From the NCBI GenBank assembly GCA_010015805.1, contig ML978124.1, positions 1,426,001 to 1,490,000 of the forward strand: 64,000 nt of DNA, in the 5' to 3' direction. This document shows positions 48,888 through 60,490 of this stretch, piece after piece. This DNA is from Rhizodiscina lignyota. Taxonomy: Eukaryota. The notes beneath the pieces are model-generated. The model had not been told where the DNA came from. It did not search any database and saw only the letters and a program-made list of their open reading frames with translations. Positions within the stretch are counted from its first letter, which is position 1; each line of letters opens with the position of its first letter. The position numbers and the translations under genes were made by a program.

Positions 48888-50497
48888 ATGGCCCCAGTAC
48901 GGAGAAAGCGCAGAAAGGATTTCGACCTTGACTTGACACTTCGTAGGAGATTTGGCAAGTGTAGTTTCAGGTAGGCTTTCAACCACATATTCTATACTCA
49001 ATCTGAGACGATGTAGGCCATTGCAACGAGAAGTTATCACAACGGCACTGGACGGTGAAGATGTATTTCTTCAAGCTGCCACATCTTTCGGCAAGAGTTT
49101 ATGCTATCAACTACCAGCTGTCGTTGATTACGGAAGTATGTGTTCCTTCGAAACATATCTCGCTGCCGTGCTGATAATATTAGTTACGATTGTCATTTCC
49201 CCGCTTCTTTCTCTGATGGTGAGTTGAATGCATAATTCAGCCTGGAAGCTCATGTTTAACCTATACTCAGAACAATCAAGTAGCCGCCCTTCAAGCTGCG
49301 GGTATCGAAGTTGGCTGCTTGAACAGCACTACTTCACGCGATGTCAAGACAGAACTTATCAGCGACTTGCAGACCGGCCACCCGCACACGCGTCTTCTCT
49401 ATGTCACGCCAGAGTACACCACTCTTGATTACTTCCGACGTATTCTGCGCACCATTCACATGCAATGTGAACTATCTAGAATCGCCATCGACGAAGCCCA
49501 TTGTATCAGTGAATGGGGTCATGACTTTCGGCCCGCTTTCAAGGCTTTGTCCTTCTTCAAGACGGAATTCCCAGATGTGCCAATGATATGCTTGACTGCG
49601 ACTGCAACTGCTGAAGTGCGAGAGGACATCATTACGGTCCTTGGACTGGATCCACGCAAGCTCAAAATCTATACGATGACAACGGCCAGACCGAATCTTC
49701 ATTATGAAGTTCGATTCAAAACTGACGACCAGGATCACTACAACGACTTTCTGAAATGGCTAAAGGCTGTACACAACCGGCGAAGATCCTGTCCTGAGAG
49801 GAATGCTCAGCTGACACAAGTGAATGAGCGCGTAGACAATGTCTGCGGGATCATATACACACTCTTCCGGAAGGACTGTGAGTCTCTCGCAGCCCGACTC
49901 TGTGGCGACGGCATTGGCGCCAAACCCTACCATGCCGGACTGGAAAACTCTCAGAAGAACGACCATCTCGCTGGCTGGGTGGCGAACAAACAGGGATACG
50001 ATGTCATAGTCGCAACCACTGCATTTGGAATGGGCATCGACAAAGAAAACGTCCGATTCGTCGTTCACTGGCAGATCCCTAAGAGCTTCGAGGGCTTCTA
50101 CCAAGAAGCTGGTCGAGCGGGACGTGATGGGAAGGCGAGCCTTTGCATCATGTATTATAGCCGCGAGGACCGCGACAGGTCTATACAGATGCTCTCCAAG
50201 GACCAAGCGAAGCAGGCGGCAAACAAGCATGGCAGCTTCCACATGTCGGAACAGGCTATGAATCGCGCAAAGAGTTTGCAAGCGCTCATAGCGTACTGTG
50301 AGAATACTGGGGCGTGTCGCCACCACCTGATTTGTCAATACTTTGGTGAAGAGATAGTACCAGAGTGCGATTATGCGTGTGATTGGCATAAAGATAAACG
50401 GGCACTGGAAAGGGCAAAGAAGGAGGGTCTGGCATCCGAAGATTGGTGCTCGACGCAGAGAGACAGTGGGGCATACGCTGTCGACGAATATGAGTGA
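48888..50497 (+). CDS. Short RecQ-family DNA helicase (helicase core plus Zn-binding subdomain only)
   Basis: TSFGKSLCYQLP, DEAHCISEWGHDFRP, LTATA, ATTAFGMGID, YQEAGRAGRDG, CRH..YFGE..CDYACD. Confidence 0.93.
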
Positions 50498-50680
50498 GAA
50501 GATTCGTCGTGCATGCACTGACGACCGACTTGAAAATGATATCTCCTTTGATGAATTGCGGCGTTACTGGCCTAGCCTATACAGATACCCCTCCAATGTT
50601 TTTGCAACGCTTAAAACGCTGAAATATGCTTACAGGTCTTTGTACATGAGAATTACCAACTATAGGACTTTCACAGGAGC

Positions 50681-51768
50681 CTACGTCTGCGCCTCCACCT
50701 GCTGAGTCGTCGTTTCTAATGATGGTAGAATCCCAGGCAGATCAGGCCACGGCTTCTTGACCGCATCTTGGATCTTGACGATACAACCTTTCGGTCCACT
50801 AACAGGCCCTATTGTGAAGTTAGCAAAATCTCCTGCCGACCAGCTGAACTCCCTTGACATACCACTAACGAGGACCAGTCCATTCGCCTCATCCACCTTC
50901 AGTACCTTCAGGTTTTGTATTGTGTGTTGCTCATTGCCCATTCTCCCGGGCATGTTCTTACCCGGAATGACTCTCGAACCGCTGCCTTGCGAACCACCAG
51001 CCGAACCCATAGTCCTATGCGTGAGAGACTGACCGTGAGAGGCAGGTTGGCCACTCCAGCCGTGTCTTTTCATACCCTGAGTCGCAACATCAGCACTATT
51101 GCACATTCTCGTCTCATCGGCTCAATACTCACACCCGCGAAACCCTTTCCCTTGTTGTTACTCTTCGTGTCCACCCACTGGCCCTCCTGAAACCATCCTG
51201 CTGTGATTGCCTCACCCACTCCAAGTAACCCCTTCGCATCCCTCACTCTAAATTCCGCAACTCTCTCTTTCGGTGCAACTCCTTGTCCTGCATACACCCC
51301 CAGCATCGGCCTTGTCATAGTCGCCGGCCGCTTATGCCCATAGCCCACCTGAACCGCCCAGTACCCGTGCTTCCGCGCCGTCTTGTGGCCCACTACCTGC
51401 ACGCGATCAAGCTGCAATATCGTGCACGGCGTGCGCTTCCCAGTGTCCGGGGAATACAAAGCCGTCATACCCTTCTTCGTCGCGAGGACACCGGTGCGGA
51501 GAGGCAGCGTGTCAGAGGCAATGCGGCGCTCAATGGCTGAGCGAGCAGAGGCACGGAGCTTGGGGAGGGAGGGGAGGTTGTTGAAGCGCGAGAGCTTGAG
51601 GAACTTGGTGTGGTGCTTCGTCTTTACTACGGTGCGGATGGTGCGCTGCTGCTGCTGTTGGGTTTGTTGCGGACATTGTCGGGCGATGGAGGCGTATAGG
51701 GTGGGATTGAGAAATGCGGGCGGTAATTGTGCGAGGCGAGCATGGGATAGCTGTATTCGAGGCGGCAT
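50681..51768 (-). CDS. MRPL9: Mitochondrial ribosomal protein uL3m
   Basis: [36 protein letters not shown]; 2 introns. Confidence 0.95.
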
Positions 51769-52510
51769 TTTGGCGATTGGTGGTCGAGACGGCGAAAGGA
51801 TGGTGTAGCTTTTGAGCTTTAGATATTTGCATTTTACGCTACGCTGAGAATGATCTAGTACGTCAAGAATTAAAATTACGGGTAAATACTTTACTATATG
51901 TGGTCTAGTGTATACTAGAAAGGCATAAGTTCGTAATGGAATACCGTCTTGACCCGCCTCGCAAAATGTCGCAGTTCTACCGTACCAGGGTTCTTCATTC
52001 TCTTTTCAACTTCATCTCGACCTCACCGACGCGTTTTCTTGCCTTTGCACAGCTCAATGCCAACGTAAGCGCTCCTGTTCGGGTCAATGGCAGTGCGATA
52101 CACATGATGGCATCGATTCTGTATACCGTTTATGGAGAGTCTCAAAGGTGATTGGCGATTGACCGAACCGTCAAAAACGAAAAGCATGCCTTGCGCCGAG
52201 GGGCCAAATCCTATAACGTTTAAATAACCAATTGAGGAGGTAAAAGCGTTTTCCCAATTCAGCTCAGCTTCGGTGCCTCCAGTTTCAGGAAATTGCGAGC
52301 CTGGCTACAGGGTTAAACAGATGGCAGTTGCATAAGCACGAAGAGCATGGAGCGATGATGTGGTTCTCGATTAAAAGTGACGATCCACAGCGTGGAGAAT
52401 ACATCAAAATGGGCTATAAGTACGCCGGTCGTAGGTGGATTTCAAAATCTACATCTCTATTTCATTTCAATATCGAGTTCCACCCTGAGCGCGCCATTTC
52501 CTTTACAGCC

Positions 52511-53894
52511 ATGTCTTCATCAATTGTCTCAGCTTTAGAAGACCTCGAAGCGGTGGACAAGTCTAGTCTTCTGGACAATATGGTAAGAACCATGTTACAA
52601 ATTCGGCTTTACGCTACCGCTGCACTGTTCACGTCCAAGCGGCAGTTGAACAATTTCGAAAACTACTCCTGGCTTACGCACAGGAACCCCGCAACGTGAG
52701 CCGTACTGATGTGGATTTGACAAACTTAGGCAGAGCGCCGCAAAGCTCTTCAGCTCGCCAGAAAGCTCTGTGTTCAACTCGAGTCGCCAATGGACACGAT
52801 ATTTCGAATATCTTGGACTGATCCTGCATACAATGCGGCAATGAAAGCATGTGTCGACCTCAAGGTCCTCGACATCCTCCAATCGCGGCAGGGCTTCGTT
52901 CCGGTGGCCGACCTCTCAGAGGCCACGGGTGCCGATGCATCGTTACTTCATAGGCTTCTAAGACATCTTGCCGCGATGGGAGCGGTGGATGAGCAACAAC
53001 CGGACAGCTATCGCGCAACCGCCCTATCGAATGCAATGCTTCGCAATGAGATCAACGGTGGCCTCGACTTCTGGTTTGACGTCGGCACGCCTGTCTTCTC
53101 TGGCATGCCGTCTTTCCTAGCCAAGTCCGGTTACAGGAGCCAGCCGGTGGATGAAGCCGGCATCTGGAAGGCTGCGAAGAACACCAACTCTACATTTTAC
53201 GAATATATGAGCGAGCACCCGAGGGAGATGGCAAGCTTCGCCAGTCATATGTCAGGGTATACGTCCGACCGTGGGGTTTGGACGGAGATCTACCCTCTTG
53301 AAAGGCTGCTGAAAGGCGCGGACGATAGTTCCTCCCTGATTGTGGACGTCGGTGGAGGCCAGGGACAGGACATGGGAAGTTGCAGAAGCAGTATGGCTTT
53401 CAGCCTGGCCGGCTTGTCGTCCAAGATCTCCCGCTGGTCATCGAGCAGGCGAAGCTTAAGGTGGATAAGAATGTAACGTTAATGGGCCACGATCTCTTCA
53501 CAGCACAACCGGTGAAAGGTAGGAGAGATGCTGGACGCACATAGAAGGCTTGACTGACGCGCTTTTCAAATTCGCAGGTGCCCGAGCCTATTTCCTACAC
53601 TGTGTTCTTCACGACTTCACCGACGAGAGAGCAATCGACATCCTCAACACTCTTAAACCAGCATTTAAGCCGGGTTACAGCAAACTCATCCTCAACGAAT
53701 GCGTAATTCCAAGTGTCGGTGCCAATCCTTTGACCACTGGCTTAGACTTGATCATGATGGGCTGTTTTGGATCACGCGAACGTAGTCAAGTGGAGTGGGA
53801 AGCCTTGCTGGAGAGGGCCGGATTTCGCATCGTGAGTGTTTGGACAGATACTACAGTCGCATGGGATAGTATTATCGAGGCTGAATTGGTTTAA
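52511..53894 (+). pseudogene. SAM-dependent O-methyltransferase (Methyltransf_2) with one frameshift (pseudogene or assembly indel)
   Basis: LHRLLRHL, VDVGGGQG; the frame changes at about 53375 into RLVVQDLP..GHDLFTAQPVK|GARAYFLHCVLHDF. Confidence 0.78.
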
Positions 53895-54757
53895 TTTTGC
53901 TATTGCTACTGGCCACCCACTCTCACTCGGGAATGGTAATGAGGCGATATTGGAGCCAGTGTGGATTTGAAGGGGAAAACTCTCATGTATGATACAATAG
54001 ATCCTGGTCTCAACGGGTGGTTCGAGGCCTTGAGATATCTCACACAATATAAAGGATTTTGAGATTACCATGTCCATGAATGCAAAGGCGGCCTATGCGA
54101 AATACATCAGATATTCACATTGGTGCGCCTTTTGAGTGACAGATACCCAAGGCGAGAGACAAATGGTACTAGACTCGGGACGCCCTAGTTTTGAGAGAGC
54201 CAGATGCATGAAGAATACCCAAGCTGTCTTCACCATGTCTTCTCAAATGCCGAGATCCAATGCCAAGTGCAATCGATGCTGAATTGGGTGTCCGATTTCG
54301 TTACAGTGATCCCGGCGATGTCTAAACAGTTGCTCGAGTCGATGTGCGCGCGTTGAGTGTCAGAGTGCAAGGGAAAGTACCTCGAGAAGTTTTCTTCTAT
54401 ATAAAGTTAATTCGTTGTAAGAGAGTTCCACGACAGAAAATAATAGCTAGGAATCAGATACCTACCCATGTAATTGCGCTGTGACGTCTGTGGCGCTAAG
54501 GCGTGGAACGTACATATACATATGTACAAACATCAACACCCCTTGACAGATGATTACCCCGAGCCAAAGATGGAGAACTTGGCCAATCTGTCGCCAAGTT
54601 TTAGCTGGAATCCTACAAGGCTGCCTTTGTCTTTTCGAATAAAGTTGGCATTCTGGATTCCGGTTTTCTTTTTTAAGTCGCTTCACTCATTAGCCGCTAG
54701 AGACAACTGTCACGCTATTACTTTTCAAGATCGTATGATGCATACCGCAGTTGGAAT

Positions 54758-57048
54758 ATGCGGAGGTCGAGTGATCCGGAGCTCAACATCACCAAGCGGC
54801 GCGCACCAGATAGACTATGCAATGTCTGCGCCAACATCGACTTCGATCGCTATCTTGAAAAGCATATGATCGAAAGGAAGCTCGGCTCTTGGAGAACGAT
54901 ACTTCGGAAGAAGAGCTGTCCTTTTTGTCGAGTAGTCGTTTATTGCATGCTGGCTGGTCACCACAAGTCCACACCGACCGACCCAGAAGATCGCATCGTC
55001 TTGTACAATCGCAAGAGCTGGGAGCTTGGAATTGAAGTTCTCCATTGGGATGGGCTGAGGTCCGGATCGTATTCGAATCGCGTTGACCTCAAATCGAAAG
55101 CGAAGAGGGAGAAGTTGGATGATAGATACCGATTACTTGTCGGACTTGACCGCCACAGTTACGATGACTACGGCTGTATCCAGTGCATCGCTGATGCGGA
55201 GCCGCGCAGAGAGATCGCGCATTCTTCGGACGCGCAGTCGCACAAGATAGGGTAGATCCAAGACTGCTCAGTTCGTGGCTTCAGCGATGCCAAAAATGGC
55301 ACGACACGTGTGAGAAAGATGGAGTCTCGTCCAGCCACTTACCTGAGAATCTCCGTGTTGTCGACCTGCGCTTGGGGTGTGTTGTCCGAGCCCCGTCCGG
55401 TTGTCAGTACGTGGCTTTGAGCTACGTCTGGGGTCAGCAAGCGATGAAAGAACGAGGGGCCATGGACATGCCTCTTCTCCTCAGAGGCAACATTCGTCAT
55501 TCGAAGGCTGGTGTGGAGTACACGCCTATTCCAATACGACTCCCACGAACTTTGAAGGACGCCATGAAAGTCACCAGAGGACTCGGGTACAATTACATCT
55601 GGATAGATGCGCTGTGCATCATCCAGGATGATCCCTATGACCTCAAGTACAGTCATCTGCACAACATGGATGCGGTGTATAGCTGTGCTGCCTTGACGAT
55701 TGCGGCAGGGTCAGGAAACGACGCAGATTACGGGCTCCCAGGAGTCGGTAGGCTAAGAAAATTCGTGCAATACTCTGAAAAAATCGATGGGATACGGCTA
55801 GCTACAATGTTCCCTTCCTTCTCCGACGTCGAGAACTCGGGAGATCTGTTTTGGAACACAAGAGGATGGACTCTACAAGAGAAGCTTCTATCGAAACGGC
55901 TTTTGTTGTTCACAGACTACCAGGTGTATTTCAAGTGTGCAGAGTCAATCTGGACGGAGGAGATCAATATGGAGACTGGACAACTATCCAGCAGTGTAGA
56001 AGCTAGACCTAGCAAGTATCGGTGGGTTGCCGATCGAGAAGTGCACGAAGTACACGGCTGGGATCGACTCGCTGGAGTTTTCAACTTTCGAGATGTCAAA
56101 GATAAGGATCCGCATCTCGGATTTTTGCCAAATTACGTACAGTTGGTTGAAAACTATTCGACACGTTCATTATCCGATCCGAGAGATTATCTATTTGCCG
56201 TCGAAGGACTGCTCAGGACAATTGACGAGGTTCTGTTCAGTGGAATACCACAACAGTACTTCCATAAGGCTCTTTTATGGCGATGCAACTCTGTACCGGA
56301 GCACAAAACACTTGCGGATAACGTTCCGTCTTGGTCATGGGCGTTTCACATGGCCAGGAAGTTCTGGGATACTCAGACTATTGAATATACGTTCTCGACA
56401 CTCAATGTTCCTGTTCATCTCAAAGATATCATAATCGACGACGGTATTCATGATTTCTTACGTCCGGCAGAGAGTGTCGTCTACTGCACGAAAGGTCGAT
56501 TCAAAAAAGTTAAACCCGATTCGGAGATAGAGGAACCATGGCGACAAATTCCACACTCCATGCTCACTGCGCGAGCATTGGCTGAAGTCAATGAAACGCC
56601 TGGGCTATGGATCTCTACAGCAGTCGTCAGACTAAAGATTGGCGCTCAGTTGTGTGAGAGGAAATGTCACAGACGAGTTCATTGGTATGAATTGCTTGAT
56701 TGGAAAGGCAGATGCTGCGGCGAAGTGTGGCTAGCTCCTGAAGTAGCAGAGAGCCGTCGAAATCGAAACCAGGATTTCGTTACTCTTTCCTGGGGCCGGA
56801 GATTTCATCATGAGAGGCTCTTCATTGACACTGCGTACCGCCCTGTGCAGAAAGTAACTAAACGACTCGAGGACGGGAAGGAAGAGGTGCAAGAGCGTCA
56901 GCAGCCTTACATTAACTGGGTCGTAGCCAACGTCCTTCTGATCACGCCGCTTAATGGGGGTGTGTCAAGGCGACTCGGAGTCGGAAAAGTGATCTTGACG
57001 GCATGGATACAAGCACATCCTGAAAAGGTCTCTGTTTTGCTTGGCTGA
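54758..57048 (+). pseudogene. HET domain protein (TOL-like) split by an apparent frameshift near 55210; 5' end uncertain
   Basis: LCNVC..CPFC N-terminus in one frame; FFGR..WLQRCQKWH..LRVVD, YVALSYVWG, IWIDALCIIQD, WNTRGWTLQE, PSWSW in another. Confidence 0.72.
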
Positions 57049-57199
57049 TGTGCAAGTTACGTGCAGCAGACTCAGTTGGAGCAAATAAGTTCCGTAATAT
57101 TGGCTCTGGAACCTTACGCAGCTCGTAGGCTTTATCGTTTATGGAGGCTCTAGATTATAGCTGACCATTGTTTTGAAAGCTGCAGCCAACTTTTTATTG

Positions 57200-58289
57200 T
57201 CACCTTTGAGGCATCTCAAATCTATCAGCCTGGTTGAAGTCATACTCGTTCCCATAACCGCGTTTCAGATATCGTTCCATGATCTGCTTCTCTGGTAGAT
57301 ACTTGCATTGAATCTGGAGCTTATCCTCGTACTTCGCCACAAGTGGCCTCAGCTCTTCTGCAAGCTCAATCGTCATCGTATTGCTGCTGCCTTATTAGCA
57401 CGCTGTAGTGTCAGACCAGATCCTTCTCGAATGGAGCACGTACCGATACCAAGGTGCGAAATGAATCAACGCAAGCATTACCCTGATCTCCTCACTCAAA
57501 TTCGGCCTACCATTGTGCCACAACCTCAAATCTCTTATTACAACGCTCCCCTTCTTGACCACCGGCTGACTGGGCGGCCTCACCTTCCTCCTCTCCTCCA
57601 ACACATCCTTCTTAATACATCCGCTCGCCCTTTCACCATGCCTACCCACCTGCACGCTCACATCTGCAATGTTATGCGTCCCAAGCCAGATCTCCGTACT
57701 GCCGTTCTCCGGCGTCATCGTGACCAGGGGTACATTGATGACAAGAGCGAATGGGATGGATGGGAAGTCAAAGTCTGCGTCGGAGTGCGTGGGCTGTGAT
57801 TGCGGAGGGGCGTCAGGCGTTGGTGGCAGAGCGGTATTGCCAGAAAAGAAGGACAGGCGTGGGAGAGGTCCAAGGAGGGACGATGTGACCTGCGTCACGA
57901 CGGGATTGAGGAAGATGTTCGGGTTAAAGTATTGGGATGTTGCGGGTGGGTCTTGCTGGATATTGCTTTAGATGTATAGTCCATCAGCAGGCGTCTCAGA
58001 TACTGTGGATGTTGAAGAGCGTTGCTAACCCTTTGTTGAAGTTGTATGGGCCATCTTCACCCGCCGCCTGCAGAATCCGCGCGTCTTCAGCCATTGTGGC
58101 ATTGAGGAAGTCTAGCTCGCTATGGTCAATAACATCTTCAAGGACGACGAGGCCGTCACGATGGAGAGCGCGGATGGCGAGCTCGAGATGCGGCCAGGAG
58201 AGGCGACCATCATTTAGCTCTTGTTGCGTTACGGCAACGGCGATAGGTTCTGAGGAGAGCTTATGAGCACAGCCATTTTGATTGAGCAT
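57200..58289 (-). CDS. Phytanoyl-CoA dioxygenase (PhyH) family Fe(II)/2OG dioxygenase
   Basis: LHRDGLVVL, QPTHSDAD (HxD), ENGSTEIWLGTH, RDLRLWHNG, RVMLA; 2 introns. Confidence 0.9.
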
Positions 58290-58676
58290 TGCGTAAATTT
58301 CATTGACTGTGAGTTTTCAAATTGGAGGTTGAAATACGGAAAGAATCTACTTGAGCGGAGCTGTGAGCTTAATGAGTTCGACAGATATCTGGAGATGCGG
58401 GAGTGGAGTTCCAGAAGTAGAGATTCCGTGAATGAGCAGAGAACATGTCAGGCGTGGGGATTTTCTCCGATTTGCGCGATAAGCTCGTCATTCGAGCTCA
58501 ATGCGGAACTTGGCCGAAATAATCATGGGTCAATGAGATCTCAATACTTAACTATCTGAGGTAACTCGGAGAAAGCTGGAGGAAGAAGGTGATCACGTGT
58601 CGACGGGCGCCAAGCCTTCGCGTTCATTTGTCGAACTTTTTTCGAGGAAGAGTTGAACCTTCATCCATACTATGAG

Positions 58677-59816
58677 ATGACAGGCGGACGCACTAGCTTA
58701 TGGCAGAGAGCCATTCAATCCAGTGAGAATTACTAGGTTCTAGTCTTGTGTATTCTAAGCTAATGGCTCCGCCAGGTCGCCCGAGCAAGGAGACAGTATG
58801 CATCTCATGTCTTCAAAAGCTCTCCCGCAGATCCTACGCTTCTGCTGCAGCCGCAACAGCTGAGGCACCGCCGCCTCCCTCCCAGCACCAAGTCCCTCCA
58901 GTCGTCCAGGCCGTAGCACCAAAGAAGGTGTACAAGATTCAAACTGGAGTGGTTCTCTCGCGACCTCCGCAAATCACGCGCGACCTTCATACCTTCGAGA
59001 AAGCGTTCTTCCTCTACCAACGACGTCTAAACGAGCGTCTCGCGCTTCCTTTTACTAGATATCATTATTTCACGCGTGGGACGCCAGCATACAAGGAATG
59101 GTATCGAAAGTTTAAGCTGAGAGAGACGCCCGCTCATGAAATTGGCGTTTACAATGCCTATGGAAAAGAGGGTTGGAATGATGAGTTGCTGGTAGGTGCA
59201 GTGGAAGCCGATACACAGCACCAGGTCGATGTGATGTTGGAGGAGGCCAAGGTCCCTAAAACGAGCGAAAGCTCCGAGGGCAGCGCAGCCGAGGAGGAGG
59301 TGATCGAGAGACCGGTCCCTCGAGTTACTGAGGCAGACCAGAAAGGAGACTTGAAGAGCTTAGACCGGCTACTGCAAATGTCGTTATATCTGCTGGTGCA
59401 AAACCCAGATGGACGGTGGACCTTCCCCACAGCTGCCGTAGTGGGGAAGGAAGGATTGGCTGATGTATGTCCCACTCCAAGAGGAGGTTGAATTATTGCT
59501 AACAGGGCAGCAGACCGCAGAGCGTATCCTAGTCCAGACCGGTGGGCCGAATATGAATACCTGGGTCGTTGGTAATGCGCCAATTGGCCATTACGAATTC
59601 TCTTTCTCAAAACCGAACTTCAACGAGCAGCTCGGCTTTGAAGAGCTTGGCGAGAAGGCTTTCTTCATGAAGGCACGGATCATGGCTGGACAGGTTGACC
59701 TCAGTGCCAACAAGCTCGGCTTGAAAGACTTCAGATGGTCGTCAAGCGAGGAGATCGAGAAGCTCGTCAAGCCCAAGTATTGGAATTCCATTCGGCGGAT
59801 GCTTCCCAGACGATGA
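58677..59816 (+). CDS. MRPL17: Mitochondrial ribosomal protein mL46
   Basis: VVLSRPPQIT, FEKAFFLYQRRLNERL, SLDRLL, MNTWVVGNAP, FFMKARIMAGQ. Confidence 0.92.
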
Positions 59817-60490
59817 TATCCTTGTCTAAGCTCTATTTCAGATTCATGTATAAATATGGTGTCATCGTATGTACAAGTCTCACTGGGCTTGGCGTTAGCT
59901 GTTAGGAGAGAGACCACGCGACAGCGTGATTGTAGAATCGGTCACGAATCTTCAAGAGAAGCATTGCATTCACAATAGCGATCAATCCCTAGGTTCTCAA
60001 ATACCAAACTATAATTCTAATATAATTCTCACCAATTAGAGGTGTCACTCTGGCACCTCCTGCCAGGTTTCATTATGCCCAGGATATGACCTTACGCGGG
60101 TTTTGCCGCGCATTGAACCTCCTCCATCAGCAACATCAACGATTGCCTACGGTCACTCAAAAGACTGCGCACTCATCTAGAAGCCTGCACGACCATCCGC
60201 GGATCCTGAAACCTACTTCGAACACAAGTCGACGTTCTATTCGCCTTTTTGGGGGCCACGACAGCAGCGCTCCGCAGCTGAGGCAGTGCAGAATACCAAG
60301 AACCTCCAAGCTTCATCAAACGCTAGCCAGTACGACATACAATTTTGCGCCCGTCACTCGCTACGCATATGCAATCGATTCGACGACTATAGCGATCGTT
60401 TTCACACCATGAACCTGTCACGATCCCCGATATCTTGATCAATACTGCGGGCGCAAGAGTGATTACGACTCTCCTCCGCTACCTACCGCC

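Noticed and set aside
53895..54757. Possible minus-strand gene remnant with splice-like signals
   Set aside because: Several stops and no recognisable homology in the frames I read.
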